Origin: Bugula neritina
Taxonomy: Eukaryota; Animalia; Bryozoa
Reading direction: 5' to 3'
Length of the DNA stretch: 64,000 nt
NCBI GenBank assembly: GCA_964035545.1
Contig: OZ037772.1
Location: 6,618,889 to 6,682,888, forward strand
How positions within the stretch are numbered: position 1 is the first letter of the stretch; each line of letters begins with the position of its first letter. This document shows, piece after piece, positions 20,701 through 34,810 of this stretch. The notes under the pieces were generated by a model that did no database searches, had not been told where the DNA came from, and saw only the letters and a program-made list of their open reading frames with translations. Position numbers and translations under genes: made by a program.

Positions 20701-23700
20701 ATTATATGAATAGCTCTGATGCTTTGTCTCCGGTGGCTGGCTGCGATATGATAACTTGGCCAACTTCCAAGAGTTTAAAATTGGCGCAATTATTCAAGAG
20801 GTTACATACTGCACAGAGCTAGCAGTGATAGTAACCTTGCTATTGGCAGTACTTATTACAACTGCCAGCATATAAGCTGCATTGTAGAATGCCGTTGGGG
20901 CAGGCTAGTAAAACCAAATTCTGCTCTCTAATATACCTTAGACAAAATGCAGCAACATAATTTTTAGTTTCAAATTACATTTGCCACCCTTACATGAGCT
21001 GTGGGCTTCATAAAGATTCATATGATTAGAGATTTATGCTATAGGCCCTATCTGTGCTAGTGTATGATGAAAATAACACACCATTGTCAAAGTTAACTTC
21101 AAGTATGTTGTTTTCCAGAAACTCAGTAATGTCCATTTATCTCTCGCATACAAATACTTATGTAATACTATACAGTTTAAGTTTTATTTTAGAGCACATC
21201 TGCAAACTCTACAATAAGAGCTTGCTTTACCAGTCTATTTCAGACCTGTTTTTGTAGCTAGTAATACGCAAGCTACTTATTTTTAAACTTTTGGGTTATT
21301 TGTTCAAAACCATTAGCTTTGCTAGTAACCCGATACTATTGCAACAGTTGACTGCTATCAACATGAATTGACAGCCTAATAATTATAACCCTTTTGCGCG
21401 CGAAATATTTATGTAATGATAGTTACTCATATAGTGCGCATCTTATTACCGATGACTGCGTGGTCTAGAGGTTAGAGGCGTCAGCGAGGAGTTAGTTGGT
21501 TATGGTTCAACCCTGTTTTGTTGCAATTTTTTTTGTCAACTTATGCAAATCCTACGCATGTATAATAAATATGGCTATAATTGTAAAGTTTTTTTTAACT
21601 TTTGTTCAACAGTAAGACAACATACATGCATAATAATTAGATACTGAACACTGGACTAAACCTTAAATTGATCTTATAGAATACAATGTACTTAAAATAA
21701 TCATATGTGAATTAGAGAAACTGAAAGTACACCTGCTGCTCTATAGACAGACCTTTACTGACAAGACTGCAAAGTGAAGTGATTTAGCTGAAATTAACTC
21801 TGCCAAACAAACAAAGAATTATGTTGTGCTGAGGCATTTTCAATATATTATTGTAACATAGTGAGATGATTCAGCTAAGTGCTAATGTAAAACAGGGAAC
21901 ATTATATTGGCAGAAATCCAATAGACTGCCAATTTGTGCGAGAGGGTACTATATGTTATTGTGATAGCGCAGGCGGCAAACGTACTAGGAATGTTATAAT
22001 TAGTCACAGGAGCGTAGCTAGAACCACCATATGAAGAATTTAGAAAATTGCAGTGAAACTTGCAAAATGGTGTATGTTTTTACCAAATTGTGAAGAGCAT
22101 AAACAGAATTTCAAAAAACAAAGAAAGTATATTAGAGAAAACATATCAAGGAATGTCAAGTTTAACTTTTATACTTTATAAAATGAATCCCCTGTGCTAC
22201 AGCAGTGGAACATGGAGGGTGTAAAATTTTACTTATTATGCAACAACTTTCTCAAAAAAATTTTTATTGAAAAATTAAAAAAGTATATGAAAGAGGAATG
22301 CAAGAGCTATCTTTTCATGTAAAATTTGTTAATGTGAGACAAAAACTGTTCGAGCTATCCCCTGGAAACCGTTTATATATAACATAAAGCAGTGCCTGAA
22401 TCTGGAAAGTAATGACCTTAAACCAACTGTGTAGTTCTGAGCAGATGATGATATGATCAGCTGACCTGTAACAATCAAAAGAACTCAGAAATTTAGTGCA
22501 TAACACATTTTATTAGTTAAATATTCACTTAATTCCGTAATTTAAAATTTTTCTTTCTTATTTGACATTTTATAGAAATTTTTAAATTGAATCAGCAATG
22601 ATTTACCGGTCGTAACTGTTACTACATTTATAGTAAATGGTTAAAATTATAAAATTACCCACAAATGGTTAGGTTTTGGTCTTTGTTGGTAACTCAAGTG
22701 TTGCTTAATGTTTATTAGCTAATGTAAAATGAGGTAAACATCAATGAGAAACAAGAATTAGCTAATTCTAGTTTGTCTATATAGTACATTCTAGAGCAAA
22801 TATAATAACTGCAATTATATCTTTTTTATCATGTTTTTCAAAATGAATTGACAGACCTGAGAAGAGTTATTGCATCTATCAAATGCACCATATTACTTGG
22901 TTGGCCAACATTTGTTTTCATTCGAAGTTTGGCACCGTATCAGTATGTTGGAAACCAAGTTGGAGCGCAACTCCAGGAATACTATGCTGAAAATTTAGAG
23001 TGCGAACTGAGCTTGAACAGTGTTTTTGATTAATCCTACTTTAGCATTTTGCAATTGGATCGACTTCTGGCAAGGGAGCAAGCCAGATAAATGGTCTTGT
23101 GTAATGGTTTTCCATCATTTTTATCTTTCTAGCTTTTCTGACAAGGTGAAAGATCCTGTGGGCACTGCATCAGTCTGTAAAGCAGGTGTTTTTCTAATAA
23201 AGGCATTAAATACCTATCCAGCCTTTCACAGTATTTAAAAGCATTCCTCATGCGTTGGGCAACATAAATCTACTACAGGGGCATTCTCTGTAAAGCACCC
23301 TTACATCATGTTTGTTGCCTAATTTTGAGGAAACAAATTTGGATCAAACTTTTTTTAGGCCTCTGCTTTATATAACTTTGCCATATAATTTTACCTTAAA
23401 TGTCAAAAAAATTTCATTACAGAAATGTACTTCTTGTCACTGCTGGGGTGTCCATGTCAGGCTTATATGATGCCTACCTTTGGTGCTCACTGTTGAGCAG
23501 TTTTCTTCCAGTTTCTAGACATCTTAAATAATCTTAAATAATTATTGTTATGCAGAAATATTCCAATGTATAGTGGTTGATGCCAGTTGAGTTTAAGTAG
23601 ATTCTCTAATTGTTTTGCTCAGGGAGATGCTGGTGAGAGAGAAAAATGCGTGTGACTAATCTTCAGGTCATGCATACGGTAGTCTTCCTTTCTCGACCCT

Positions 23701-26700
23701 ACCATCATGCTCATCCAACTTTTTAGTTTGTTTAGAGCTTTTGATGGTAACCAAAACTGAAATCTATATTTCTAGTCAATTTTTCTGAAGTAGTTCACTG
23801 TAATTGAGCTCAATTTATACTCTATGTTGTCAACATGCCCAGATGTTGTCAAGCTGTGATTAGCAACAGCTGGTTTGGCCAACCACATATTGTGATGCAT
23901 TGAATAACCTCTATAGTTTTTCTCAGAAGATAGCAAATATGTTTGAAATCTTTTCTAAGGAAAAGCGTCTATAGCAACTTCTTTTCTAAAAGTGTGAGTG
24001 CAGCTTTTACCAGAATATTGTATCTCAGCACGAAAGTTCAAATAATGGCTCACAATTGTGCTATACAAACTAAAATCAGCTATTTCTAAAAGATTCTTGA
24101 AGAGAGCATAATCAAGTCTTTATTGATGTACACATATGATGTCCTATAATACCTCACAAATACTAAGAAAAATATGAGCTATCAAAATAACTGCTTGGTG
24201 ATGATCCCATAATTACTAGCATGACTGTATATATTGTAGAACAGCAAAAATAATTGAGGTTATTCTTTACCTGCATGTACAATACAATTTTGTAAAGTTG
24301 TGGTGTTAGAAAATTTGTAACAGTTTCATGACTGAACAGTTTTTATTGAGTGATGCCATACCACAAAAGTTGCAAATGTGGTGTTTAGTTTGAGAAATGG
24401 TGGTTCTAAAAGACAGCTGTTTTCAGATCAAGAAAAACATGACTTTAAATCTCTCACATCACTGAAGGAAGAAGTTAACACCTACTTTTTTAATCAGCTG
24501 AAAGTAATTGCCGAAAAAATTACTACTATATGTATTTTGGACAAGAAAGTTTGGAATGATCTTGACGTTCAAGAAGAGAAATGTTCAGATGTTATAAAAG
24601 AGATCGAGAAAGTCAGGGATGAGATGGCAAGTTTTTTGAGTTCGTTTTGTGTACACTAAATCTTTCAATCTCTAAAGCTCTCTAGACTTTAGGTAAACAG
24701 CATTTTTTAAGTATTTAAGATTGCTATTGAAAAATTTTTCTGATGCTACATTCATTCACTTTTTTCCAGAGCTCCTAAAACGAATTTCAGGAAATATAAA
24801 ACTAAATGCTGGTGTATTAAAGTAAAAAAGTGTTGATAAGGAAAATATTATGTAATCATCTGATTAAATCACTTTCAAACATTATTTTGTCTGTTATTTA
24901 TTTTTACTTTACCACTCCAAAATTTTAACATCTGGCAGTAATGCACAAGTATCAAAGAAGCCTAGTAATACTACATAATAAATTTTGTAAAATGCAAATA
25001 CCATACTACCAAACATCGCCACCACTTTCTTGGTACAATATCAGGTATTTTAAGTTGAGATTTGAACAACTATCATTTTAAATGGTAAAAAATATTTCAA
25101 ATGATAAACAAAAATATGTGTTTGATTGAAAAAACATTTATTCAAAATTGTGATTCTAGATCCAAAGACTAACTAATGAGAGTCAAGAGCTGATTGACAG
25201 AGTTAAAAACCACAAAGAAAAGGTGACCAATCAGGTGGAAGATTTCTACAACAAGCTGATGCTGAAGAAAGGCAGGTTGGAGAAGACACAAGCTGAGGTA
25301 CATCGTCTGCTGAAAGATGGTCATGTGACTGAGAAGATTAGAGAAAGGAAGAGAATATCAGAAGAGATGGAAAAGTATGATGTAGAAAAGCTGGCTGATT
25401 GTGAACTCACTGATCCACCAATGTTAATAGAAACAGGTTTGGGATGTTTCAATTATGATTTATTATGGTAACAGTTATAATGGGAAATCTGTCAGTTATT
25501 ACGCCTTCAATTTATATTTATCTTTCACAGCATAGTTAACGTCATTCCCAGCAAAATATCATCTTATAATCTAATCTCAGTTCCTAGTTGCTATTGCTCT
25601 GTGGGCGGCATGCGTATTGCCTACTTGTTATACTTTAGCATGAGTTTGAACAATTGCCAACAAACCATCACATTGGCTAGGGCTGCACCTGTTCATATTA
25701 CAACCATCGCAACAATCTATTGAGCAAGTATGTGGTCATGGCAAGCCTAAGCATCACCTCATTATTATTACTGCAAGACACCAGTGGTTCGTTTCATGTG
25801 CAATGTACTTGATGTACAAAGGAAGATAATTTTCCTAACTACTTTTTCAACGAACAATGTAAAACTATTTCAGATTCTGGAAGCAAGCTAACTGCTAATG
25901 CTAACTCAATATTCTTCCATTTGGCTAGTCTAATAAAGTTGTTAATAATTATAGGCTTGACTACAACCTTTGAAATTTTAATGCAGTTATTATTTAAATA
26001 CTGTAAAAAGCAGCCATAACAAATAATTTAGAGATGCTCTTCTCTCAAAGCATAATGTTTTTAGGCTAAACTATTAATCTATCTGTTCACTACCATTGAC
26101 TAACTTAAAACCAAAATTACCTTCATCATTAAAATCCTCTTTTAGTTGCAACAACACTTAACTCACTGCTAAACTATTACAATCAGTTACAGACTCTGCA
26201 CAATAGCTTAGAATAGTAAATAGACGTGCATATAGGTCAGATAGTCATGTGTGAGATTTTGTTGGTAGCTGTGAAAGGCAGATATGCAGAATTTTGTGTG
26301 GCCACTTTGAGTTTAGATGGTTTGGGTAAAGGATTTGATTGCTGAAAGTGTCTAATTAAGCTAGTAGGTACTTTTGTGGTCCCATTGTACATTAGTATAT
26401 AAGCAATAATCAACACTTATTGAAGTGAGTTGGAACTTGGAACTATATAAAAGGTTAGACCATGAGCCTGTGCTTTAAGTATATTCTATTTGTTCTCTGT
26501 TGTATACAGTCTAAACTTTAAAAGATCTAATCAAGCCTAAATGGCTTCTATCTAAATGTTCAAAAATTGGCTATGAGCTGTATCTTGTTGCCTTGCACTG
26601 AGAAATTAATATGAGGCCAGCAAACAACTGGGCTCCTTTGTACTCCTGGCAACTACTATCAATAGTTGGTTATCATAGCTGCGCAGCGTTCACTCAAGCA

Positions 26701-29700
26701 TGATATCATCGGCAATTGTAGACCAACTCAGAGCCAAGATTATCAACTATTTTATGTTTCTAAATTTAGCATCTAATAGAAAAAGCTGTGTCTAGTTAGA
26801 CTGACTGACCGACACTATGCTTGCCTGAGTGAAACATTCAAGATGAAAAGTTTTAATTTTAGCTAGACATGTATTGAGAATTTGAAAAGAAAACCTCCTT
26901 AAGATAAAAACAGATGTCCAGTGAATTCAGTTTTGTTTCCAGACTGATAGGTGTCAGTTAATCAGCTCAGATTTAACTAGCAATGCATTATCTATTATTT
27001 TGATGCTACAGTTATAATATTCCATAACAAGAATTGACTTGAGAATTTAGGCATATATGCAACAATAATTGAGTTTTATTCAAGTAATTATACCAGATAG
27101 CCATGCATTGCTAAAGATCACAACGAAAATCAGTTTGGATTTTCAAACATAATATAATATATATACACGTATGATCAGGCATAGAAGTAGCAAGTTCAAT
27201 GAATAATGCGAACATGCAGAAGGTGTAACAGGTGTGTACTATTGTGAAGGAACAAATCAGGCCTTTTTATAGCAATACATCATATAAGTATATTACAAAC
27301 ATGGGGGAAATATTAGGTAGTTCCCTAATTACTTTTCTTTAACAAACATTACGATATTGAATGTCAAAACTGACTTTGTAAAAAAGCAGAATCTATAGAA
27401 ATTCAAGCTGCAAAAGCCTAACCAAAAGGCACCTTGTTAGGGTAATTAGTCCTGTCAACTATTAATAATTTTAGTTTTTATATCCGTTGATAAAAGTCCT
27501 ATTTTTGCAGGTAGAGTCTTGATATATAGGTGTCAATTGCAGAGTATTATGCTTTTTAAACATAAAAAGATATCGTCTTGCAAGAGTAGAAGATCAAAAA
27601 ATCCTAAGAGCAGCAGCTGACAATGAAAAGATGTCCTGATTACACATATTATAGCATTTCTTTGGCAAAACCTAATCATCTAGTATAGGCTACTTGTTTT
27701 GGGGCATCATCTAAAAATACAAATAGCAGATTTCTCAATACATTCAAAAGTAATTTTCAACATTTGGAATTTGATTTAACATGTTCATACACCACAGTTA
27801 GTACAGGTACTATAGTAGTATATATTCTGTAAAATCCACCTATACTGTAATCAGATCAAAGCTGCCTGCATGCTGGTAACTTTATAAAAGACACAGCTCA
27901 TAATTACAATTAATATTAGGTTGAATGCTCCCTTGAAATTGTATTTTTTAAATAATTTCTCAGTAGATATGATTGCCATGATCACTACAATTTTTTTGAA
28001 ACATATGCTTATAATGTATTTCAAGTTGGTCACTCAAAGTAAATGTAGTTTGGTATGCAAGTAGTAGTACAATTAGAATTACTAAACAAAAGCTCCTCAG
28101 TGCAATATTATATTTCTATGTGCCTTCTCAACTACAGAACTCTAAATAATTGAAGAGAAAAATAATAGTCAATAATAAATTTGGCAATTTTTCTTAAAGT
28201 TAATTACTTTATTAATTACTTAATAGTTCTACCATTAATGAATGACTATATTACTATACATTTTATGAATATAAAACTCAATTTTGAAGTTCAGTGATAC
28301 TGTGCAATACTAATAATAATAATAATAATAGTATAGTAATAGTAATACTAATACGCGGTATAGGCCTACTGTAATACTAATAGTACAACTATACAAATAC
28401 TATAAAATTAAATATATAATTGCTTGTAAGCAATATGAAATATGCGAATTTGCTGAAGGAAGCGGTATGTACTCACTTACCCTTGAAGTTAAACTCTTTA
28501 AGTTAATCAAAGTACACTCTTTCATCCTAGGTTTGAGAGGTAAAAGATGTTTTTCACTCAATTTTATAATGATAATCCCACCGCCAGTTAGCAAGTTCAC
28601 TTCACAGATTGCGTTTTAACATCGAATATTTTATTTACCGAGATAGCTTTTACTAGTAACATCTCCAATACGGCAAGATACAGCTACTACGTATTACACA
28701 GAGCGGTTTGTTTGAGGACAGTGCACTGCAGCCGTGGCATGACTAGGGTAGCCTAGGTTTTCTCCGGGTGGAGGTAGATGTGAATTATAAACGTTCTACG
28801 TGCTTTTTTGAAAGCAATATGATATCATACGCTTTAATCATTATTATACAAAATATAAATTATTGTTTTATAAATGATTTTTACTTGAAACAAACAGCTA
28901 TTTATTTATTTTACTATTTTGTTTTTAAAAGAAGATGATTGATAGATATTATACCACAACCATACTCCACTCCTTTAGTTATAATTTAATTAGATTAGAA
29001 GTCACATATTCAATACAAACAAGCTAGGCCTATATTATAGCTATTCTGATGTCTACTGCTGGAATTAGCTTAAAACTGTAATGAAGCTCTTACTGAGCTA
29101 GTAGACTGAAAGTGCACAACACGTAGTAAGCTACCAACATTATAAATTGGTGCAAGCAGTAAAGGAAATTAGCAGTATACGTGTACAAAAACTTGCACTC
29201 AAATGTAATAACACCATATAGTTATGGTTATTTGAGATTCAGTCAGGTCCAAAAGAAATTGTGAAATTAAATACTCATAGATATTACATAATGCTGAATC
29301 TGGCTACATATTTGGCTATTTAAAGCTAATTGTAATTAAAACCATATTGCAATATAAAATAACCTGCCTAAGTTGCACATTAGTGACAAGTAGTCTAGTT
29401 GGGCATTTAAGTTCAAATCATGAGCTCATTTCAGCTAAAAATAGCCGCACCTTGTCACTGCCTATGAATGGCTGCGGTCACTGCCAGAGGCATTAGCAAA
29501 ATGGCTTACTGCTACACGCAAGCCTCGTACGTACAAAAATTATTTATCAATCAGAAACTACTTATTTAATTGTGAGCTACCAGAATTTAATACCATATTA
29601 TAAAAAGTTGCCTGGTAGGTGCAATAGCAGAAAACTTAAAAAGCCTAAATTCTTCGATGTTTTAAGGGATTCTAATTTGAGAACAGGTTGAAATTCTCTC

Positions 29701-32609
29701 TAAACTTCTTACGCTGCATCTCACCACCTATAATAGGCCCAATAATGCGAAACACAGGGTTTAATTTCTCAATACCCTCATCACTGCGCATACCTCATAC
29801 TTATTATACTCAGCTGATAATAAGATTATTATAAAGACTTCACTACTATTGTTGAAAGAAAGTTATGCAATTACTATTCAATTGACTAAGAATTCCCTCC
29901 AACAATTTTGTAGACTCTGAAAAAAATTAATATTTTAAAATAACAATATAATATATTGTTAGTATAATTTAGATTACTCTACAGAACAACAAATTTGCTT
30001 TGAAATCACGCACAAAAGGTATAAAATTTAGTGGCCATTAATTCTCACTAGCATTAGAAGATGTTTGGGTTATCATGCAGGCTGTATCACTAAACTGCTT
30101 TGCACTAGAAAGAAACATGTCAAAGCAAGAAATGTCTAGGCTTCAGAAATTGCTTCATATAAATACATCTAAAATCTAGATTCAGAGTATATTACGTGTT
30201 GTACAGCTTCACGTCTATAAGCATTACAACAATATTGTAACCACCAAGATTCCAACTACTACGCCACTATATAATAACCAGTCTCATACTATGGAATTAG
30301 TTTAGTGCAGAGATGAACTTTAACCCTATGGTTTAGCGCGCAAACAAGATGAATCATTGGTTGCATGAGCTCCTGGTAATCATTATGATAGCTAGCATAT
30401 AGCAGCGCAGCTCTACCGTGTTCAGTGACGCATGCAGACTAAGCGAGAAGTAAATATTTTAATAAAACTAGCGTATAAATTACATGTCTACACTGATTCT
30501 ATTAAAGTTATACGGAAAATTTAAAAAGGCTCCAATAGAAAAAATATCTTTTAACTACATATGTCAATTTTTGCAGAGATATATCAATTAGGGATTGAAT
30601 TATTCTTCGGGCACTGAGACCATGTTATTTTATGCAAAAATGGGCAAACTTTGACTGTTTTGGAGGCATAAAACTGCAAGGAGTTGAATAAATAAAAATT
30701 TTAAGAAAGATCAGCAAAAGATCTATAAAATGGTTTTTAAATTTTGATTCTACCCTCAAAATTATTCGAGTTATGAGTTGGGCACTGTTTTATATATAAT
30801 TATAATGGCGCAATGAAATTACTGATTCAGTAGAAGGATGACCTTAATCAAGCTGTGTATATATTTCTTAAAAATTATGTTTTCTTTCATCAGCTTGAAA
30901 ATTGTTTTTTATATAAAAGAGTTTGAGAGTTTATATTAATAAACCAAAAACTGTTATAACATTTTAATTTTTTACAAGAGTGTATGAATTATGGTGGCAT
31001 TCAGTCTGCAAAACTATTATTTAATGAGAAGACAATTATGTTTCAATCATGCAGATAGATTCAAGGAGTTATAAATATATATGAATTGAAATAGAGTGAG
31101 AAGACAATTATGCTTCAAGTAAAACTATAAGACCAAGTTCTTATCCAATAGATACAGTGATATGAGCCTTTCTCTAGAACAAAGTCTAAAAGGAGTGGAT
31201 TTATATCAAAAAGTCAGACCTGCATCTGTTGAGATTTTTCATTCAAAAGTAATAAATTTTGTTGATTTTTATTCATAACTCATAGCTTTTGAAGTATTTT
31301 GGAAGAAAATATTTTTTCAAAATACAGTTACTGCTAAGAATATCTGTATTGATATCACCCCTAACTTTATCCACCACTAGTTCTAATTGCTATAATCATC
31401 ACCTAGCCAATGAAATTAAACTGGCTGTAGCTACAGCCAATCAATTACTCATAACGATTGCGCCTCGTTAGGCGAACATTGATGACCATTTCTATATAAC
31501 TCAATACAAAGCCCGTTACCACTGATTGACCCAAAGTTCTCTACGACTTCTATAGTGGTATAGGATAATAGATATACTGTGCCATAAACATATACTTCTT
31601 CACTTACTATATTCTACAGAGCATATAATTACAGATCAAGGCAAGAGCAAACTGTTGACTGTCAACCTAGTAGCAGTTCCTTGTTCATTGACAGTCCTAT
31701 CTGAACACAAAACGGATGGTCAGTGTATGGCAGCTCATTACAGACAAAACGGTGACATACTCATAGGTACACATAATGGAATACAGTTACTGCGTAGAGA
31801 TGGTAATAATCTGAGTGAATACAGTACAAGTAATAAGAGAGTGTCAGGAGTGATTGAGACTCCTCAGAATGTCTTCATTCTACACAGAGAAGGTGACATA
31901 TCTAAGGTGGAGATGTGTTTAGCTGGTGACATCACAAAAAGACAAGAACTGCTTAGGTCTGGTAGAACAAGTAATGGTGTTGCAGCAATGGCAGTCTCTG
32001 ACAGATATGTTGTGGTAAAGAATCCAGATACTAAACAGCTGATCATCTATGACTTCATCACCAAACAGAAAGAGACTCTTTGTCCTGATGTCTATCCATT
32101 TGATCTACACTTTTTACCAGATGGTCATCTGCTAGGAGTTGGTGGAGATAAGCTGATAAAGTACAAAGTAGAGAGTAGAAAGCTGACTACAGTCTGGACA
32201 TCTGATGATGTAACAGATGGATACAGTGTCTGTGCAGATTCAAATGGTCTCATCTATGTTTGTGCAAGCAACAATACAAAATCTGTACACATAATTTCTT
32301 CTGTAGGTAAGACGTTACTATACAAGTAATTTGACTTCTCAAGTTGTAGTGATGACTCAAAAACAGTTCTTAAATAGTTATTTACTTGTTATCAGTAGCA
32401 AAGTTGAATTTATGCAAGAAAATAGTAATTTTAGCATTTCATGACAAAAATAATTAAATGTTTGCCAATTATCTTTTACAGGCAGGTTGCTTAAAACACT
32501 AGTTCACAATAAAGTTCCAGAAACAGCTGGAGCTACCACTGTAAAAGATGGTATACTAGCTGTTTCTTGCTGGAGTGATGATGAAGTTATTTTGTTTAGG
32601 CTGACTTAA
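17724..32609 (+). CDS. TRIM-type RING-Bbox-Bbox-CC-beta propeller protein, array copy 2, ~593 aa
   Basis: Exons 17724-17887, 18358-18517, 19220-19400, 24427-24626 (GC donor), 25160-25436, 31635-32306, 32482-32609; 1782 nt open frame. Introns 3 and 5 are expanded to ~5 and ~6.2 kb. Exon 7 is divergent (GRLLKTLVHNKVPETAGATTVKDGILAVSCWSDDEVILFRLT*). Confidence 0.85.
21454..21520 (+). repeat. tRNA-derived (SINE-head or pseudo-tRNA-like) sequence
   Basis: A-box-like TGGTCTAGAGG (21461) and B-box-like GGTTCAACCC (21504) at Pol III spacing, followed by a T run; no convincing cloverleaf. Confidence 0.45.
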
Positions 32610-33270
32610 GCCTACGCTTTTATGTTTCGGAAACTTGATTGTACCTTTCAACAGACGTCAAACTTTAGTAATTAGCTATAGTTTAGCTCCTCGCAACTGT
32701 AATAGCACTGAATCTCTGCACAAAACACCTTTAATATATATGGAGTTGTTTTTATTTATAGATTATCTAAATCAAATGCTTAAGTAGTGGAGGTCGACTG
32801 CACAAAATTTGGCTGTTTCGGGCTGTTAACTGTTGGTTAAGTGTAGTGAAACAACAACATGGTATAAGGGTTGTGCCCCAATGTATTCTGACCACAAGAA
32901 GTTGTATCATCATGGAATATTGAAAGGACAGCTCTCTGGCTAGTATTCTGTCATCCTAATGCATAGCGTCTCTCATATACTCGGCCTAACAGTATTTACT
33001 TTAATGCGCTACCAACGCTGTGAACAAAGAAAGGGACTAACTAATTAGAGCTAATAGCTAGTGCACTTGGATAGCCGGCAGTCAGACAGTGGATTAGTTA
33101 TTGTTGAGTTGTGTAAGCTCTGTCTAAATTATGTAACGTGTTTTTGTAGTTGTTGTATAGTTTTACTTTTGTATCTTGGCACTAAATAAATCCATATAAT
33201 CTACTTCACTTGGCAGTGTTGCATTACTTTAAATACCCAAATAATTAGTGAATGCACAGTTCCACGACAG

Positions 33271-33288
33271 TGGTGGCAGCAGTAGGAT
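33271..33288 (+). other. Primer-binding site, probably tRNA-Leu
   Basis: TGGTGGCAGCAGTAGGAT, 1 nt after the LTR; 16/18 match to TGGTGGCAGCGGTGGGAT, the complement of the 3' end of eukaryotic tRNA-Leu(AAG/TAG) as recalled, not searched. Confidence 0.7.
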
Positions 33289-34055
33289 TAATTTAAAGCT
33301 AATGCTCCCAGCCAGGGAATAAGAGAGATGGGGGTCAAAGAGGACATATCCCGTCTGGAGCGAGTCAATCCAGCAGCTATGGAAGATGTCATAGGCCGCC
33401 CATGAACAAGTATCACTTGCGGCCTTCCATCTTCTCAGTAGAAGAGGATGAGGAGCAATTTATCACTGAGTTCAGTGATGTGGCAGCCATCTGACGATGG
33501 CTTACCAGGGTTACTCTGATTCAGCTGTGGTTATGCTTGATGGGGCCAGCCACACCTTATGGGTTTGGCCAGGATGTCGGCAACATTTTTGAGGCGTTGA
33601 AAACCCGGTTTGGGCTCACCGCTTGAAATGTGCGTGTGGAACTCCAAGAACTTAGGAAAAATCCTAAGACTACTTTGAGAGAGCACGCGACCGTAGTTGA
33701 GCGGCTAGCACAAGTGGCCTATGGTGACTTGCCTGCAAATGGCTAGCAGAGTCTGGCACTAGATGCTTTCCTCCAATCTATCAACAATCTGCTGTTAGTA
33801 GAGTTTGAGACAATGGAGAGAGCTATCAGGCTTGGGAAAGCTTATTTCCAAGCCAAGCCGACAGTACGTGCCGGCTTTGGGCAACAGTACAGCAAGTTGA
33901 GGCCGACGACAACGTGTCGATGTCGTCGGCCAAGTCGGCTGTACATGTTGCCGTGGCAGCAGCCGACGAGCCGACGAACTTGACCAATAGCTTGGTTTGT
34001 GAGCTGTTAGCCAAAATCAGGCATTTCCGCCAACAGTCGACAGCTGAGTGACCCA

Positions 34056-34810
34056 CACAGGATAGTTAAGCGCAACCTTTTAGTTCTAGCTGCTATGCTG
34101 ATGATGCATTGTTATCATATAAAAAATCAGTCCCAGTAAAATAAAATCTTACCTAATTGTGCTAGAATCAAAATTTAAAAACTATGTTGTAAATAGCTTT
34201 CTTCCCCAGTGCGGTTTTTTTGGAATTTTTAATTTTCCAGTTTTTGGCTAAGCTACAGACAAAAAACTACCCTTTTTCTCCTATTTTTAGCTGAAAAAAC
34301 ATCATGTCAGTCCCAGTAAAATATCTCAGCAGGAAAACATAATATCTGAAAATAGAAAACACTGTTGGAATCCTGAGATGTCTCCGCAGCGCGGTTTTTG
34401 TAATGTTTTTAATAGCTTTTATAGATTTTCTATAAATTTGTGATTTATACGCTGAAAATGAGATAATTTTTCTTCACTAATAAGCACTGCGCATCACTTC
34501 ACGCTTCAGTGAACGCGCAGAGATGAGAAGATATTGGCTTGTCCATTACTAATTACAGACCTGCTAGCCTACAAGCTAGTGAATAGCTTGGTGCGTAATT
34601 CATTTATAGAGTAGCCACAATGGAATGTTGATATATAATGCAGCCCTAATTTAGCTTGCTGTTTATTGGTCATAGTCTAATATTAGGCTAAACATACACA
34701 GGCAGGCAATACGCATGCCACCCACAGAACAATATTATAGCAAGAACCTAGACTACATTGTGAGCTGAATTTATGATATTCTTAGTAAGGATGCCCTTAA
34801 CTATCCTGTG
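34056..34810. mobile_element. Non-autonomous CACTA/EnSpm-like DNA transposon nested in gag of element B
   Basis: Perfect 15-bp TIRs CACAGGATAGTTAAG / CTTAACTATCCTGTG, 2-bp TSD CA, internal subterminal direct repeats (tcagtcccagtaaaata x2). Removing it restores colinearity with gag of element C. Confidence 0.8.

Noticed and set aside
21454-21530. Functional tRNA gene
   Set aside because: A and B boxes are present, but the acceptor and anticodon stems do not pair convincingly.
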